Shown piece by piece: positions 51,749 through 62,831 of a stretch of DNA of 64,000 nucleotides. The notes beneath the pieces are model-generated. The model did no database searches. It was given only the letters and a program-made list of their open reading frames with translations, and was not told the origin of the DNA. The position numbers were made by a program, and so were the translations under genes. The stretch spans positions 682,001 through 746,000 of the forward strand of contig JAPDFW010000011.1 in the NCBI GenBank assembly GCA_028826165.1, given 5' to 3'. Origin of the DNA: Anaeramoeba ignava BMAN (lineage: Eukaryota; Protista; Anaeramoebae). Each line of letters starts with the position of its first letter. Position 1 is the stretch's first letter.

Positions 51749-52903
51749 ATGAGTGAACTTTTAGAAATTTTCGAAAAACAAAAATTCAAATCAAGAAAAG
51801 AAATTGAAAACTATTTTTCCGTTTCTCCTTTTTTTTTCAAATGCAAATTTGATGAAGATTTACCAAATTTAGTTCTTTTAAGTTATCAAATCAAAACAAA
51901 ATTTGGGCATTCAGATGAAAAAATAAGAAAAGCAACAAGACAAGCAAGAGGAATAATAATTGATTGGAAGGAAATCAAAATAGTGAGTTATGGATTTGAT
52001 AAATTTTTCAACATTCACGAAGAACATGCAGGAAAAGTTAATTTTACAAAAGCAAAAGCAACAGAAAAAATTGATGGAAGTTTAATCAAAATTTCCACTT
52101 CGTGTTTTATTGACAAAAAACCATTGATTTCAACAAGTAATTGCATTCAAGCCAAAAAAGCAAAAGTAGCGTTCAAAGGAAACAAATCGACAACATATCA
52201 AGATCTTCTTGAAGAAACGGAATTGAATAAAATTTTAGAGGAGAAAAAATTGGATCCAAACACAACTTACTGTTTTGAATTGGTTCATCCATTATCAACT
52301 ATAAAAATCAACTATGAATTAAAAGGAATTTTTCATCTTACAACGCGATCAAATGAGCCGCCGTACAAAGAGTGCGAAGTGGATATCGGCGTGCCAAAAC
52401 CGAAGGAATTCAAGTTTAAGAGTTTGTTGGAATGCTACAATTTTGCTAGGAACGAATTCTCAAATAAACACGAAGGAATTGTTGTTTGTGATTTGGACAC
52501 TTATGAAAGACTTAAAATTAAAAGCATTTCTTATTTGAAACTTTTGGGTGTTGATCCGAATGTCAATCCCAAGAATATCTACCTCAAACTCGGTGAATTG
52601 ATACGCAAGAATCAAATGGATGATTTCTATTTTCAGGACTGGCGACCCTTTTTTGATAAAATTCTTTTCCAAGCTGGTTCTTTAGCAAATGAGATTCATA
52701 ATTTAATTTCTTCTGAAAAATTTAGTTTTGATTCAATTCAAAATTCACAGAAATGGAAACCAATGCAAAAGATTTTTGCCCAGATCAAATACTGGCAACA
52801 AAAAAACGAAAACAAAATTCCTTCTCCTGATGAAATTAAAGGGATCATTATCAAAATGAAGAATTTCGTTTGGTTTTTTAATGAAGAACTAGAGAAGAAA
52901 TGA
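51749..52903 (+). CDS. T4 Rnl1-like ATP-dependent RNA ligase (stand-alone adenylyltransferase)
   Basis: 'RQARGIIID...VSYGFDKFFN' upstream signature; motif I EKIDGSLI; motif III FELVHP; motif IV HEGIVV; motif V RLKIKS; intronless. Confidence 0.8.
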   Translation: MSELLEIFEKQKFKSRKEIENYFSVSPFFFKCKFDEDLPNLVLLSYQIKTKFGHSDEKIRKATRQARGIIIDWKEIKIVSYGFDKFFNIHEEHAGKVNFTKAKATEKIDGSLIKISTSCFIDKKPLISTSNCIQAKKAKVAFKGNKSTTYQDLLEETELNKILEEKKLDPNTTYCFELVHPLSTIKINYELKGIFHLTTRSNEPPYKECEVDIGVPKPKEFKFKSLLECYNFARNEFSNKHEGIVVCDLDTYERLKIKSISYLKLLGVDPNVNPKNIYLKLGELIRKNQMDDFYFQDWRPFFDKILFQAGSLANEIHNLISSEKFSFDSIQNSQKWKPMQKIFAQIKYWQQKNENKIPSPDEIKGIIIKMKNFVWFFNEELEKK

Positions 52904-52920
52904 AAAAAAATTTTTTACTT

Positions 52921-52972
52921 TTTTCATTTTTCATTTTTTCATTTTTTTCTTTTTAAAATCAATAAAAATAAA
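52921..52972 (+). promoter_or_regulatory. Representative initiator-like TCATTTT(T) cluster just upstream of ATG
   Basis: Three TCATTTTT copies; the same motif precedes nearly all gene starts on the coding strand (e.g. 181-210, 2495, 6433-6468 on minus, 22965, 37460, 59860, 62804). Confidence 0.6.
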
Positions 52973-54710
52973 ATGAATGAGGTTTTCTTTTTTGGAAGAA
53001 ATGAAGTTCCTAAATTTAAAAATATTCCAATCATGAATTTAAAACCGACTGAAATAGATTTCGAAAATGAAATTGAAAATAATATCAAACAAATTTCATT
53101 AAGTCATTTTTCAACAATTTTCCTTTTTAAAAATGGAAAAGCAATAGAATATTTAAATGAAAAAGATTCAAAACAAAATCCTCAAGAAATCCAAATTGAA
53201 GAAAATATTCAAAAAGTTCTTGTTAGTATTCAAAATGAAGCTATTTTAACAATAGAAGGAAATGTATTTGCAAAAGGATATGAAATCAATCCAAAAAATC
53301 CAAATCAATTTATCAATATTTCATCACTAATTGAAGATACAAATGATAGAATAATTCAAGATATTTCTTGTGGTGCTGATTCAGTTTACTTATTAACTTC
53401 AAATCAAAATGCTTATGGAATTGGTGGGAATTATGATAGTCAACTTGGTGTTGATTCTGTAACACTTCAAAAAACAGAAAAGCCAATTTTAATGATGAAA
53501 AATGTTTCTAAGATATTTTCAGGAAATACTTCTTCTTCCGTTTTTCTTTTGGATTCAAATCAAGAATTATTTGGATGCGGTGATAATTATTATGGTCAAC
53601 TTGGATTGAGTGGAAAAGACCAAAAATTTTGTCTCAAAAAACCAACCAAAATCAAAAAAATTCCAAAAGGCAAAATAATTGATATTCAATCTGGATATTT
53701 CCATTCAATAATGTTGATTGAATGCAAAGGCAAAGAGAAAACTTTATTCATCAGGTTATTCCCATTACAATGGACTTGGCAAAAATGAAAATATTTATAA
53801 ATTTACTGAAATCAAATCATCTTTATTTGAAAATGATGATATTATTGATTTTTCTATTGGATATGATCATACTTTGATTTTAACTTCTAATTCTAAATTA
53901 ATTGGGTTTGGTGGTAATTCTTATGGTCAATTAGGAACTGGAAATACAAATCATCAATTAATTCCAACTCAAAGTGAATTTCCTAAATTAAGATTTAATG
54001 AAAATATTTCTAATTATCATGTTTCTTGTGGAGATTTTTACAAATCTATGATCTACTATTCTTTTTCTTTTTCCAATCTTGAAGAAGATTTGATAAAATT
54101 ATTTGAAAGAAAAGAATTTTGTGATATTTCATTTAAAACCAAAAATGAAGAAATAATTGAAGCTCATAAATTAATATTGAAATATAGATTAAATCAAAAT
54201 CAAATTGAAAAACTTCAAGAAATTATTTCAAATAAATCAATTAAAGAATCGAATCAAATATTTGAAATGATTTATTCAAACAATTCCAAAATAAATCCAA
54301 AATTATATTCTGAAATTAAAGAAATTATAAATTCAAATGAAAAAATTGAAGAAACAATGAAAAGAATTTATTTAAATGAAAATGAAAAAGATTTTACTAT
54401 TGAAAGAAAAGAAAAACAATATAAATTTCCAAAATTAATATTAATAATGAGAAGTGAATTATATCGAGGAATGTTTTTATCTGTAACTGAAGATAAATCA
54501 AATAAAGTTACAGATTATAGTGAATTAAGTAATAAATCATTTCAAATATTTGAATATTGGATTTATTCAAATCAAATTAAAGAAGAAATTCAAATTACAA
54601 AAGAAATGATTGATGAAATAGAAAGAGGAATTGATTATTTTCAATTAAATCAAACAAATCCAAATTTATTTGATTTATTAATTAATAAATTTAATAATCA
54701 AAATCAATAA
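52973..54710 (+). CDS. RCC1 + tandem BTB protein (frameshift near 53730)
   Basis: ORFs 52973-53788 and 53718-54710 form a full paralog. Confidence 0.85.
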
Positions 54711-54739
54711 AGAAAATAAGAATAATTTTAATTTATAAA

Positions 54740-55990
54740 TATAATTTAATATTTAATTTTAAAATATAATTTAATACTTAATTCCATGTTTAAAATAATA
54801 ATTTAATGTTTTAGATTTAAATATTTTATTATTCAAATATTTAACATATAAATATAAAAAATGAGAATAGATTTAATTTAATATTTAATTTATAAATTAA
54901 TTTAAAAATATAATTTAATATTTAATTTTATTATTAAAATAATAATTTAATGTTTTTAAATTTAAATATTTTATTATTTAAATATTAAACATATAAATAT
55001 AAAAATAAGAATAGATTTAATTTAATATTTAATTTATAAATTAATTTTTAAAATATAATTTAATATTTAATTTTATGTTTAAAATAATAATTTAATGTTT
55101 TATATTTAAATATTTTATTATTTAAATATTTAACATATAAATATAAAAAATAAAAATAGATTTAATTTAATATTTAATTTATAAATTAATTTAAAAATAT
55201 AATTTAATATTTAATTTTATTATTAAAATAATAATTTAATGTTTTAGATTTAAATATTTTATTATTCAAATATTTAACATATAAATATAAAAATGAGAAT
55301 AGATTTAATTTAATATTTAATTTATAAATTAATTTAAAAATATAATTTAATATTTAATTTTATTATTAAAATAATAATTTAATGTTTTAGATTTAAATAT
55401 TTTATTATTTAAATATTTAACATATAAATATAAAAAATGAGAATAGATTTAATTTAATATTTAATTTATAAATTAATTCAAAAATATAATTTAATATTTA
55501 ATTTTATTATTAAAAAATAATAATTTAATGTTTTAGATTTAAATATTTTATTATTTAAATATTTAACATATAAATATAAAAATAAGAATAGATTTAATTT
55601 AATATCTAATTTATAAATTAATTTAAAAATATAATTTAATATTTAATTTTATGTTTAAAATAATAATTTATTGTTTTAAATTTAAATATTTTATTATTAA
55701 AATATTTAACATATAAATATAAAAATGAAAATAGATTTAATTTAATATTTAATTTATAAAATAATTTAAAAATATAATTTAATATTTAATTTTATTATTA
55801 AAATAATAATTTAATGTTTTAGATTTAAATATTTTATTATTTAAAAATATTTAACATATAAATATAAAAATAAGAATAGATTTAATTTAATATTTAATTT
55901 AATAAATTAATTTAAAAATATAATTTAATATTTATTTTTATTATTAAAATAATAATTTAATGTTTTAGATTTAAATATTTTATTATTTAA
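54740..55990. repeat. ~144-bp tandem satellite (~8.5 units) upstream of BTB-TLDc copy 2
   Basis: 'AATAGATTTAATTTAATA' recurs at ~54866, 55010, 55155, 55298, 55442, 55587, 55730, 55875. Confidence 0.92.
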
Positions 55991-56381
55991 AAATATTTTG
56001 AAAATTGATTTTTGAAATTAAAATTTTATCTTTTTTTTTGAATTAAATTGAATTAATATTAATTTGAAATTTGTTTTTAAAATTTAAATTTATTAATAAT
56101 TTTTAAATTCCAAAAAAAAAAATTAAATTAAAAATTAAATTAAAATAATTTTCCTTTTTTTTTTAATAATAAAAATTAATAAAAAATAATAATAATTTAT
56201 TAATAAATTAATTTAAAATAATAAATTAAAAAGAAAATTAAATTAATTATTAATTTAAATTTATTCTTATTTTTATATTTTTATTTATTTTCAAAATCCA
56301 CTTTTTATTTAATTTTTAAATTTTTTTTTTCATTTTTCCTTTTTAAAACACAAAAACAAAAACAAAAAAACAAAAAACAAA

Positions 56382-58028
56382 ATGGATAATAATAATAATA
56401 ACCAAATTGAAAATGCAAATCAAAATGAAAATCAAAATGAAAATGAAATGAAAAATTTAGAAAAAAAAGTAACAAAAATTTTAATTAAAAATTATTCAAA
56501 CCTTTTAAATGGAAATTCATTTAAAGATTTTTCAATTTTTGTTGAGAATGAATCAAATCCTTTTGAAATTAAAGTTCATAAATCAATTTTATCTTCAAGA
56601 TCTCCTTTTTTTAATGAATCATTAAGGCAAGAATCTCTTTCTATTTCTTTAAATCAATTTAATAAAAAAGAAATGGAATCAATTTTGAGTTATATTTATT
56701 ATGGAAATATTTCTTTTGAGAATCAAGAAAATCTTATCCAATTATTAGAAATTTCAATTTATTTTAAATTAAATTTATTGAAAGAAATTATTCAAAAAAA
56801 AATTTCAAATTCAATTAATTATTCAAATTTTTTCCAATTTTTATTCCAAAATCGAAATTTAAATTCAAATGAAATTGAAATAAAATGTTTTGAATTAATA
56901 AATCAAAATTTTTCCCAAATTCAAAATAATGAGAATTTATTCAATTTAACTAAAGAAGAAATTATCAAATTTATTCAATTTAAACAAGAAAAAAAAGAAA
57001 TTTTTCAATTTGATTTTTTTCAATTTTTAAATAATTGGATTAAAAAAAGAAATGAAAGATTAAAATTAAGGAAATATGAACAGAAAATGAATGAAAAGAA
57101 AAGATTATTTCATTCTTTTTTTTCATTATTTGATAAAGATTCAATTTCAAAACAAGATTTTGATAAATTAAAACAATTTCAAATTTTTCTTCCCAAATCT
57201 ATTTTCATCAAGAAGCAAAAAAAATTAATTCAAGACAATAAGATTCAAGAAAAGAAAATTCAAGAGAAAGAAAAGAAAATTAAAAGAAGAGATAAAAGAA
57301 TCAAATCATTTGAATCAGATATTCGAAATTTGAAATCTGAAAATAAGAAGAAAGAGAAGGAAATTGAAGAGAAATGGAAGAAAGAAAATAAAGAAATGAA
57401 ACCAATTTTTGATAAATATCGAGATCAATACCAAAAAGATTTGGAATATGAAAAGAAAATGAAGGAATTCGGAAAAGCATTTGCAGATTCAGAAATTATT
57501 AAAGATATTGAATATGTTAAGAAATTACAAGAATGGATAAATGATAATGATTTTTTTTCTAAAATGAAAAAAGGATTTTCAGCAAAAAGAGATGGATTTA
57601 ATTCTAAAAATTGGCATAAAGCAGTTGATAGGAAAGGAAAAACATTAGTTATTATCAAAACAAAACAAAATTTTATTTTTGGAGGTTTTACTCAAGTTGG
57701 ATGGAATGGAAACAGAGATAGTTACATCCAAGACTCAAGTGCATTTATTTTTTCATTAAGAAATGATAAAGGAGATAGAATACCTGCAAAGTTTACAATT
57801 AAACAACCTCAATGTGCCATTGTGGATAATTCAGGAAATGGTCCAATATTTGGATATTCTTGGCATGATTTTAATTTACATTCTAATTTACAACCTGGTT
57901 ATTCAAATTTTGGTGATAGTTATAATCTACCTAATGGAATTACTTTTAATACAGATTCAGGTAAAAGTTATTTAGCTGGTTCTTATAATTCATGGGTTGT
58001 TGATGAACTTGAAACTTATTTCATTTAA
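56382..58028 (+). CDS. BTB-BACK-coiled-coil-TLDc protein, copy 2 (intact)
   Basis: 548-aa ORF; BTB 'DFSIFVE...VHKSILSSRSPFF'; TLDc 'SAKRDGF...FIFGGFT...AFIFSL...GPIFG...VVDELETYFI'. Confidence 0.9.
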   Translation: MDNNNNNQIENANQNENQNENEMKNLEKKVTKILIKNYSNLLNGNSFKDFSIFVENESNPFEIKVHKSILSSRSPFFNESLRQESLSISLNQFNKKEMESILSYIYYGNISFENQENLIQLLEISIYFKLNLLKEIIQKKISNSINYSNFFQFLFQNRNLNSNEIEIKCFELINQNFSQIQNNENLFNLTKEEIIKFIQFKQEKKEIFQFDFFQFLNNWIKKRNERLKLRKYEQKMNEKKRLFHSFFSLFDKDSISKQDFDKLKQFQIFLPKSIFIKKQKKLIQDNKIQEKKIQEKEKKIKRRDKRIKSFESDIRNLKSENKKKEKEIEEKWKKENKEMKPIFDKYRDQYQKDLEYEKKMKEFGKAFADSEIIKDIEYVKKLQEWINDNDFFSKMKKGFSAKRDGFNSKNWHKAVDRKGKTLVIIKTKQNFIFGGFTQVGWNGNRDSYIQDSSAFIFSLRNDKGDRIPAKFTIKQPQCAIVDNSGNGPIFGYSWHDFNLHSNLQPGYSNFGDSYNLPNGITFNTDSGKSYLAGSYNSWVVDELETYFI

Positions 58029-59280
58029 AAATTAATTAATAATAAGAAAATCAAACTTTTTTTTTTTAATTTTTTTTTCAAAATTTAATTCAATTTTAAT
58101 TTACTTTTAATCAAATTAATTTCTTTAAAATAATAAATAAGAAACAAATTTAATTTTAAATAATTTAATTTTAATTTAAAATATTTATTAAAAATTTAAT
58201 TAATAAAAAATAATCCAAAAAAAAAAATAATAAATTTTAAAAAATTGAATATTTTTAATATAATAAATAAAAATAAAAATTGAAAATAGAAATTAATAAT
58301 AATTAAATTTAAATTCATTAATTAAAAATAATAAAATAAAAAAAATCAAATAAAATTTATTATTAATTAATATTTAAATATTAATTAAATTATAATCAAA
58401 ATCAAAAATAGAATAATTAGTAAATTATTTTTTTAGAAAGTTTATCTTATTCAATCATGTTAAATTCAATTTATTTAAAATTTTTAATTTTTAATTTTAT
58501 TTTTAATATATTTTATTATAATTAAAATTGGAATAATAAATAATTAAAAATATTATTATAATAAATAAAAATATTAAATTAAATTAAAATAAAATAAATT
58601 TAAAATAAATTATTATTAAATATTATTAAGATTAAATATTTATCTTTATTAAAATATTTATTCCACTTTTTAATATATTTTATTATAATTAAAATTGGAA
58701 TAATAAATAATCAAAAATATTAATATAATAAATAAAAATATTATATTTTAAATCAAAATAAAATAAATTTAAATTAAATTATTATTAAATATTATTAAAA
58801 TTAAATATTTATCTTTTATTAAAATATTTCAATTTTCTTTCAATTTTATTAAATTATTGGGAATAATTTTATATTATTTTAAATAAAAAAAATTAATAAA
58901 ATATATAAAATATAATTAATTTTAAATTTAATTATTTAATATTCTTTATTCCATTTTTGAAATAAATTAATTAAAATATTTTATTAATTTTATTTAAATT
59001 ATTGAGAATAATTTTATATTATTTTAAATAAAAGAAATATTAATAAATATATAAAATAAATTAATTTTAAATTTAATATTCTTTATTAAATATTTTTAAA
59101 ATTAAATATTTATCTTTATTAAAATATTTTAATTTTCTTTTCAATTTTATTAAATTATTAAGAATAATTTTATATTATTTTAAATAAAGAAATATTAATA
59201 AAATATATAAAATATAATTAATTTTAAATTTAGTTATTTAATATTCTTTGATTCCATTTTTGAAATAAAATTAATAAAAA

Positions 59281-59734
59281 GATTTTATAATTGAAAAAGA
59301 AAAATATAAATTTCCTAAATTAATATTATTTTAAATATCGAGGAATGTTTTTATCTGTTATAAATACTTCTAATAAAGTTACAGATTATGGTGAATTAAT
59401 TGATAAATCATTTCAAATATTAGAATATTGGATTTATTCAAATCAAATTAAAGATGAAATTCAAATTACACAAGAAATAATTGATGAAATTAAAATTGGA
59501 ATTGATTATTTCCAATTAAATCAAACAAATCCAAATTTATTTGATTTATTAATTAACAAATTTAATAATCAAAATCCAGATTTACAAGAAATTTCTGATG
59601 AAAGTGAAGATTCATTTCAAAATGATAATGAAAGTGATAGTGATAGTGATGATGATAATGATGAATTCAATCAATTTGATCAAAATTTTTTTCGTTTTTT
59701 GCTTCAACATCTTGGAAACCAAAATCAAAATTAA
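59281..59734 (+). pseudogene. 3' fragment of an RCC1-BTB gene with small deletions and acidic tail
   Basis: Starts at 'DFIIEK..YKFPKLIL', lacks MRSEL; tail nearly identical to that of the 59888 gene. Confidence 0.85.
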
Positions 59735-59887
59735 AATTAAAATTCATTTTGAAATTAAAATTAAAATTAAAATCAAAATTAAAATCAAAATTAATATTAA
59801 AATTAAAATTAAAATTAAAATTAAAATTAAAATTAAAATTAAAATTAAAATTATTTTTTTCATTTTTCATTTTTTTTCTTTCTTAAA

Positions 59888-60656
59888 ATGAAAAAATTAA
59901 ATGATATTATCTTTGCAGGAGATAATCATGATCCTTCAATTTTACTCAATAACAAAAGAAAAATCAAAAGATTCACTAAAATCAAAATTTCAGACACAAA
60001 ACAAATCAAACAAATTTCATCAGGAATGTTTTCAACAATTTTCCTTTTTGAAAATGGAGAAGCAATAGAATATTTAGCAGATAAATTTTCTCTTATGAAC
60101 CCTCAAAAAATCCCAATCAAAAACATCATAAAAGTATCAGCTGGTTGTGATGATGAAGTTATTTTAACATCAGAAGGAAATGCATTTGCAAAAGGAAAAG
60201 ATATAAATAAAAAAAAGCGAAACACATTTTATCAAATTTCTGAAATGATACCTGATCAAAATGATAGAATAATTAAAGATGCTGTTTGTGGAGGTTATTC
60301 AGTTTATTTATTAACTGAAAAGGGAAATGTTTATGGAATTGGTTCAAATTATTATGGTCAACTTGCTCAAGATTCACCTGACCAAATCAAAAAACTAATT
60401 TTAGTCAACAAAAACGTTTCTAAAATATTTACAGGAAGTAATTCATTATCTGTGTTTTTTTTAAATGAAAATCAAGAGTTATTTTGTTGTGGTGATAATG
60501 GATTCAATCAACTTGGCATCGGAAACGCAAAGCAAGACAAGCAAGCAAAAATAACAAAAGTTGAAAATGTTCCAAAAGGAAAAATAATTGATATTCAAAG
60601 TGGAAATTTCCATAGTTTATTATTGATGGAAGTGAAAGAAAAAGAGATTATAAATG

Positions 60657-60705
<49 letters not shown>

Positions 60706-62038
60706 AAATGAAAATGAAAATCAAAATCAAAATGAAAATCAAATTCAAAAAGAAATTCAAAAAGAAAATCAAAAAGAAAATCAAAATCAAAATGAAAATC
60801 AAAATCAAAATCAAAATCAAAAAGAAAATGAAAATCAAAATCAAAATCAAAAAGAAAATCAAAAAGAATATGAATATACAACAAGAAAAATTTATTCATG
60901 TGGATATTATAAATACAATGGCCATGACGACTTTGATGACGAATTATATAAAGATGAAAATACTGTAAACAAATTTACTGAACTTGAATTAATTTTAGAA
61001 GATGATACTTATCCTAGTAAAATTGCAATCGGAGAAAGACACAGTTTGATTTTAACTTCAAATGGGAAATTGCATACATTTGGTGAAAATCTTTATTGTC
61101 AATTAGGAACAGGAACCATTCATTCAGAACCATATCCTGAAAAAATTAAAATTCCTGAGTTAACATTTAAAGAAGATATTTCCAATTATCATGTTGTTTG
61201 TGGAGCTTATAATTCATTTCTTTATTATTCTCCTTCTCTATCCTCTTCCAATCTTGAAGAAGATTTGATAAAACTATTTAGAAGAAAAGAATTTTGCAAT
61301 ATTTCATTTAAAACCAAAAATGGAGAAATAATTGAAGCTCATAAATTAATATTGAAATACAGATTAAAAGATGAAAATCAAATTGAAAAACTTCAAGAAA
61401 TTATTTCAAAAAAATCAATTCAAAAATCAAATCAAATATTTGAAATGATTTATTCAAACAGAATTATAAATCCAAAATTATATTCTGAAATTAAAGAAAT
61501 TATAAATTCAAATGAAAAAATAGAAGAAACAATGAAAAGAATTTATTTAAATGAAAATGAAAATGAAAAAGATTTTATAATTGAAAGAAAAGAAAAGAAA
61601 TATAAATTTCCTAAATTAATGTTAATAATGAGAAGTGAATTATATCGAGGAATGTTTTTATCTGTAACTGAAGATACTTCTAATAAAGTTACAGATTATA
61701 GTGAACTAAGTGATAAATCATTTCAAATATTAGAATATTGGATTTATTCAAATCAAATTAAAGAAGAAATTGAAATTACAGAAGAAATCATTAATGAAAT
61801 TAAAATTGGAATTGCTTATTTCCAATTAAATCAAACAAATCCAAATTTATTTGATTTATTAAATAATCAATTTAAGAAACAAAATCCAGATTTACAAGAA
61901 ATTTCTGATGAAAGTGAAGATTCATTTCAAAATGATAATGAAAGTGATAGTGATAGTGATGATGATAATGATGAATTCAATCAATTTGATCAAAATTTTT
62001 TTCATTTTTTGCTTCAACATCTTGGAAACCAGAATTAA
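59888..62038 (+). CDS. RCC1 + tandem BTB protein, divergent subfamily, intact, with ES/EN/QN loop insert and acidic tail
   Basis: 716-aa ORF; RCC1 head diverged from the other paralogs while the BTB body is nearly identical; ends DESEDSFQNDNESDSDSDDDND...LGNQN. Confidence 0.9.
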
Positions 62039-62775
62039 AATCAGAATTAGAATTAAAATTAAAATTAAATTCAAAATCAAAATTAAAAATTAAAATTAAA
62101 ATTAAAATTAAATTCAAAATCAAAAATTAAAATCAAAATCAATATTAAAATTAAAATCAAAATTAAAATTAAAATTAAAATTAAAATCAAATTAAAATTA
62201 AAATTAAAATTAAAATTAAAATTAAAATCAAAATTAAAATTAAAATCAAAATTAAAATCAAAATTAAAATTAAAATTAAAATTAAAATTAAAATTAAAAT
62301 TAAAATTAAAATCAAAATTAAAATTAAAATTAAAATCAAAATTAAAATTTAAAATCAAAATTAAAATTAAAATTAAAATTATAATTAAAATTAAAATTGA
62401 ATTAAAATTAAAATCAAATCAAAATTAAAATCAAAATTAAAATTAAAATTAAAATTAAAATTAAAATTGAAATTAAAATTATAATTAAAAATTAAAATTA
62501 TAAATTAAAATTAAAATTAAATTAAAATTAAAATTAAAATCAAAATTAAAATTAAAATCAAATCAAAATTAAAATTAAAATTAAAATTAAAATTAAAATT
62601 AAAATTAAAATTAAAATTAAAATTAAAATTAAAATTAAAATTAAAATTATAATTAAAATTAAAATTAAAATTAAAATTAAAATTAAAATTATAATTAAAA
62701 TCAAAATCAAAATCAAAATCAAAATTAAAATTAAAATTAAAATTAAAATTAAAATTAAAATTAAAATTAAAATCA
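62035..62775. repeat. (AAAATT/AAAATC)n hexamer microsatellite
   Basis: Directly visible. Confidence 0.95.
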
Positions 62776-62831
62776 AAAAGAAAAAAAATTTTTTTTTAAA
62801 TTTTCATTTTTTCATTTTTTTCTTTCTTAAA

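Noticed and set aside
49646-52903. DxDxT phosphatase adjacent to the Rnl1-like ligase, resembling a T4 Pnkp/Rnl1 heal-and-seal pair
   Set aside because: The phosphatase is a typical intron-containing SCP/CTDSP protein phosphatase ([18 protein letters not shown]), with no polynucleotide kinase; adjacency is probably coincidental.
29383-59575. Inverted arms as the terminal inverted repeats of a Polinton/Maverick or endogenous virus
   Set aside because: No integrase, pPolB, capsid, packaging ATPase or transposase between the arms; the core holds mostly spliced housekeeping genes.
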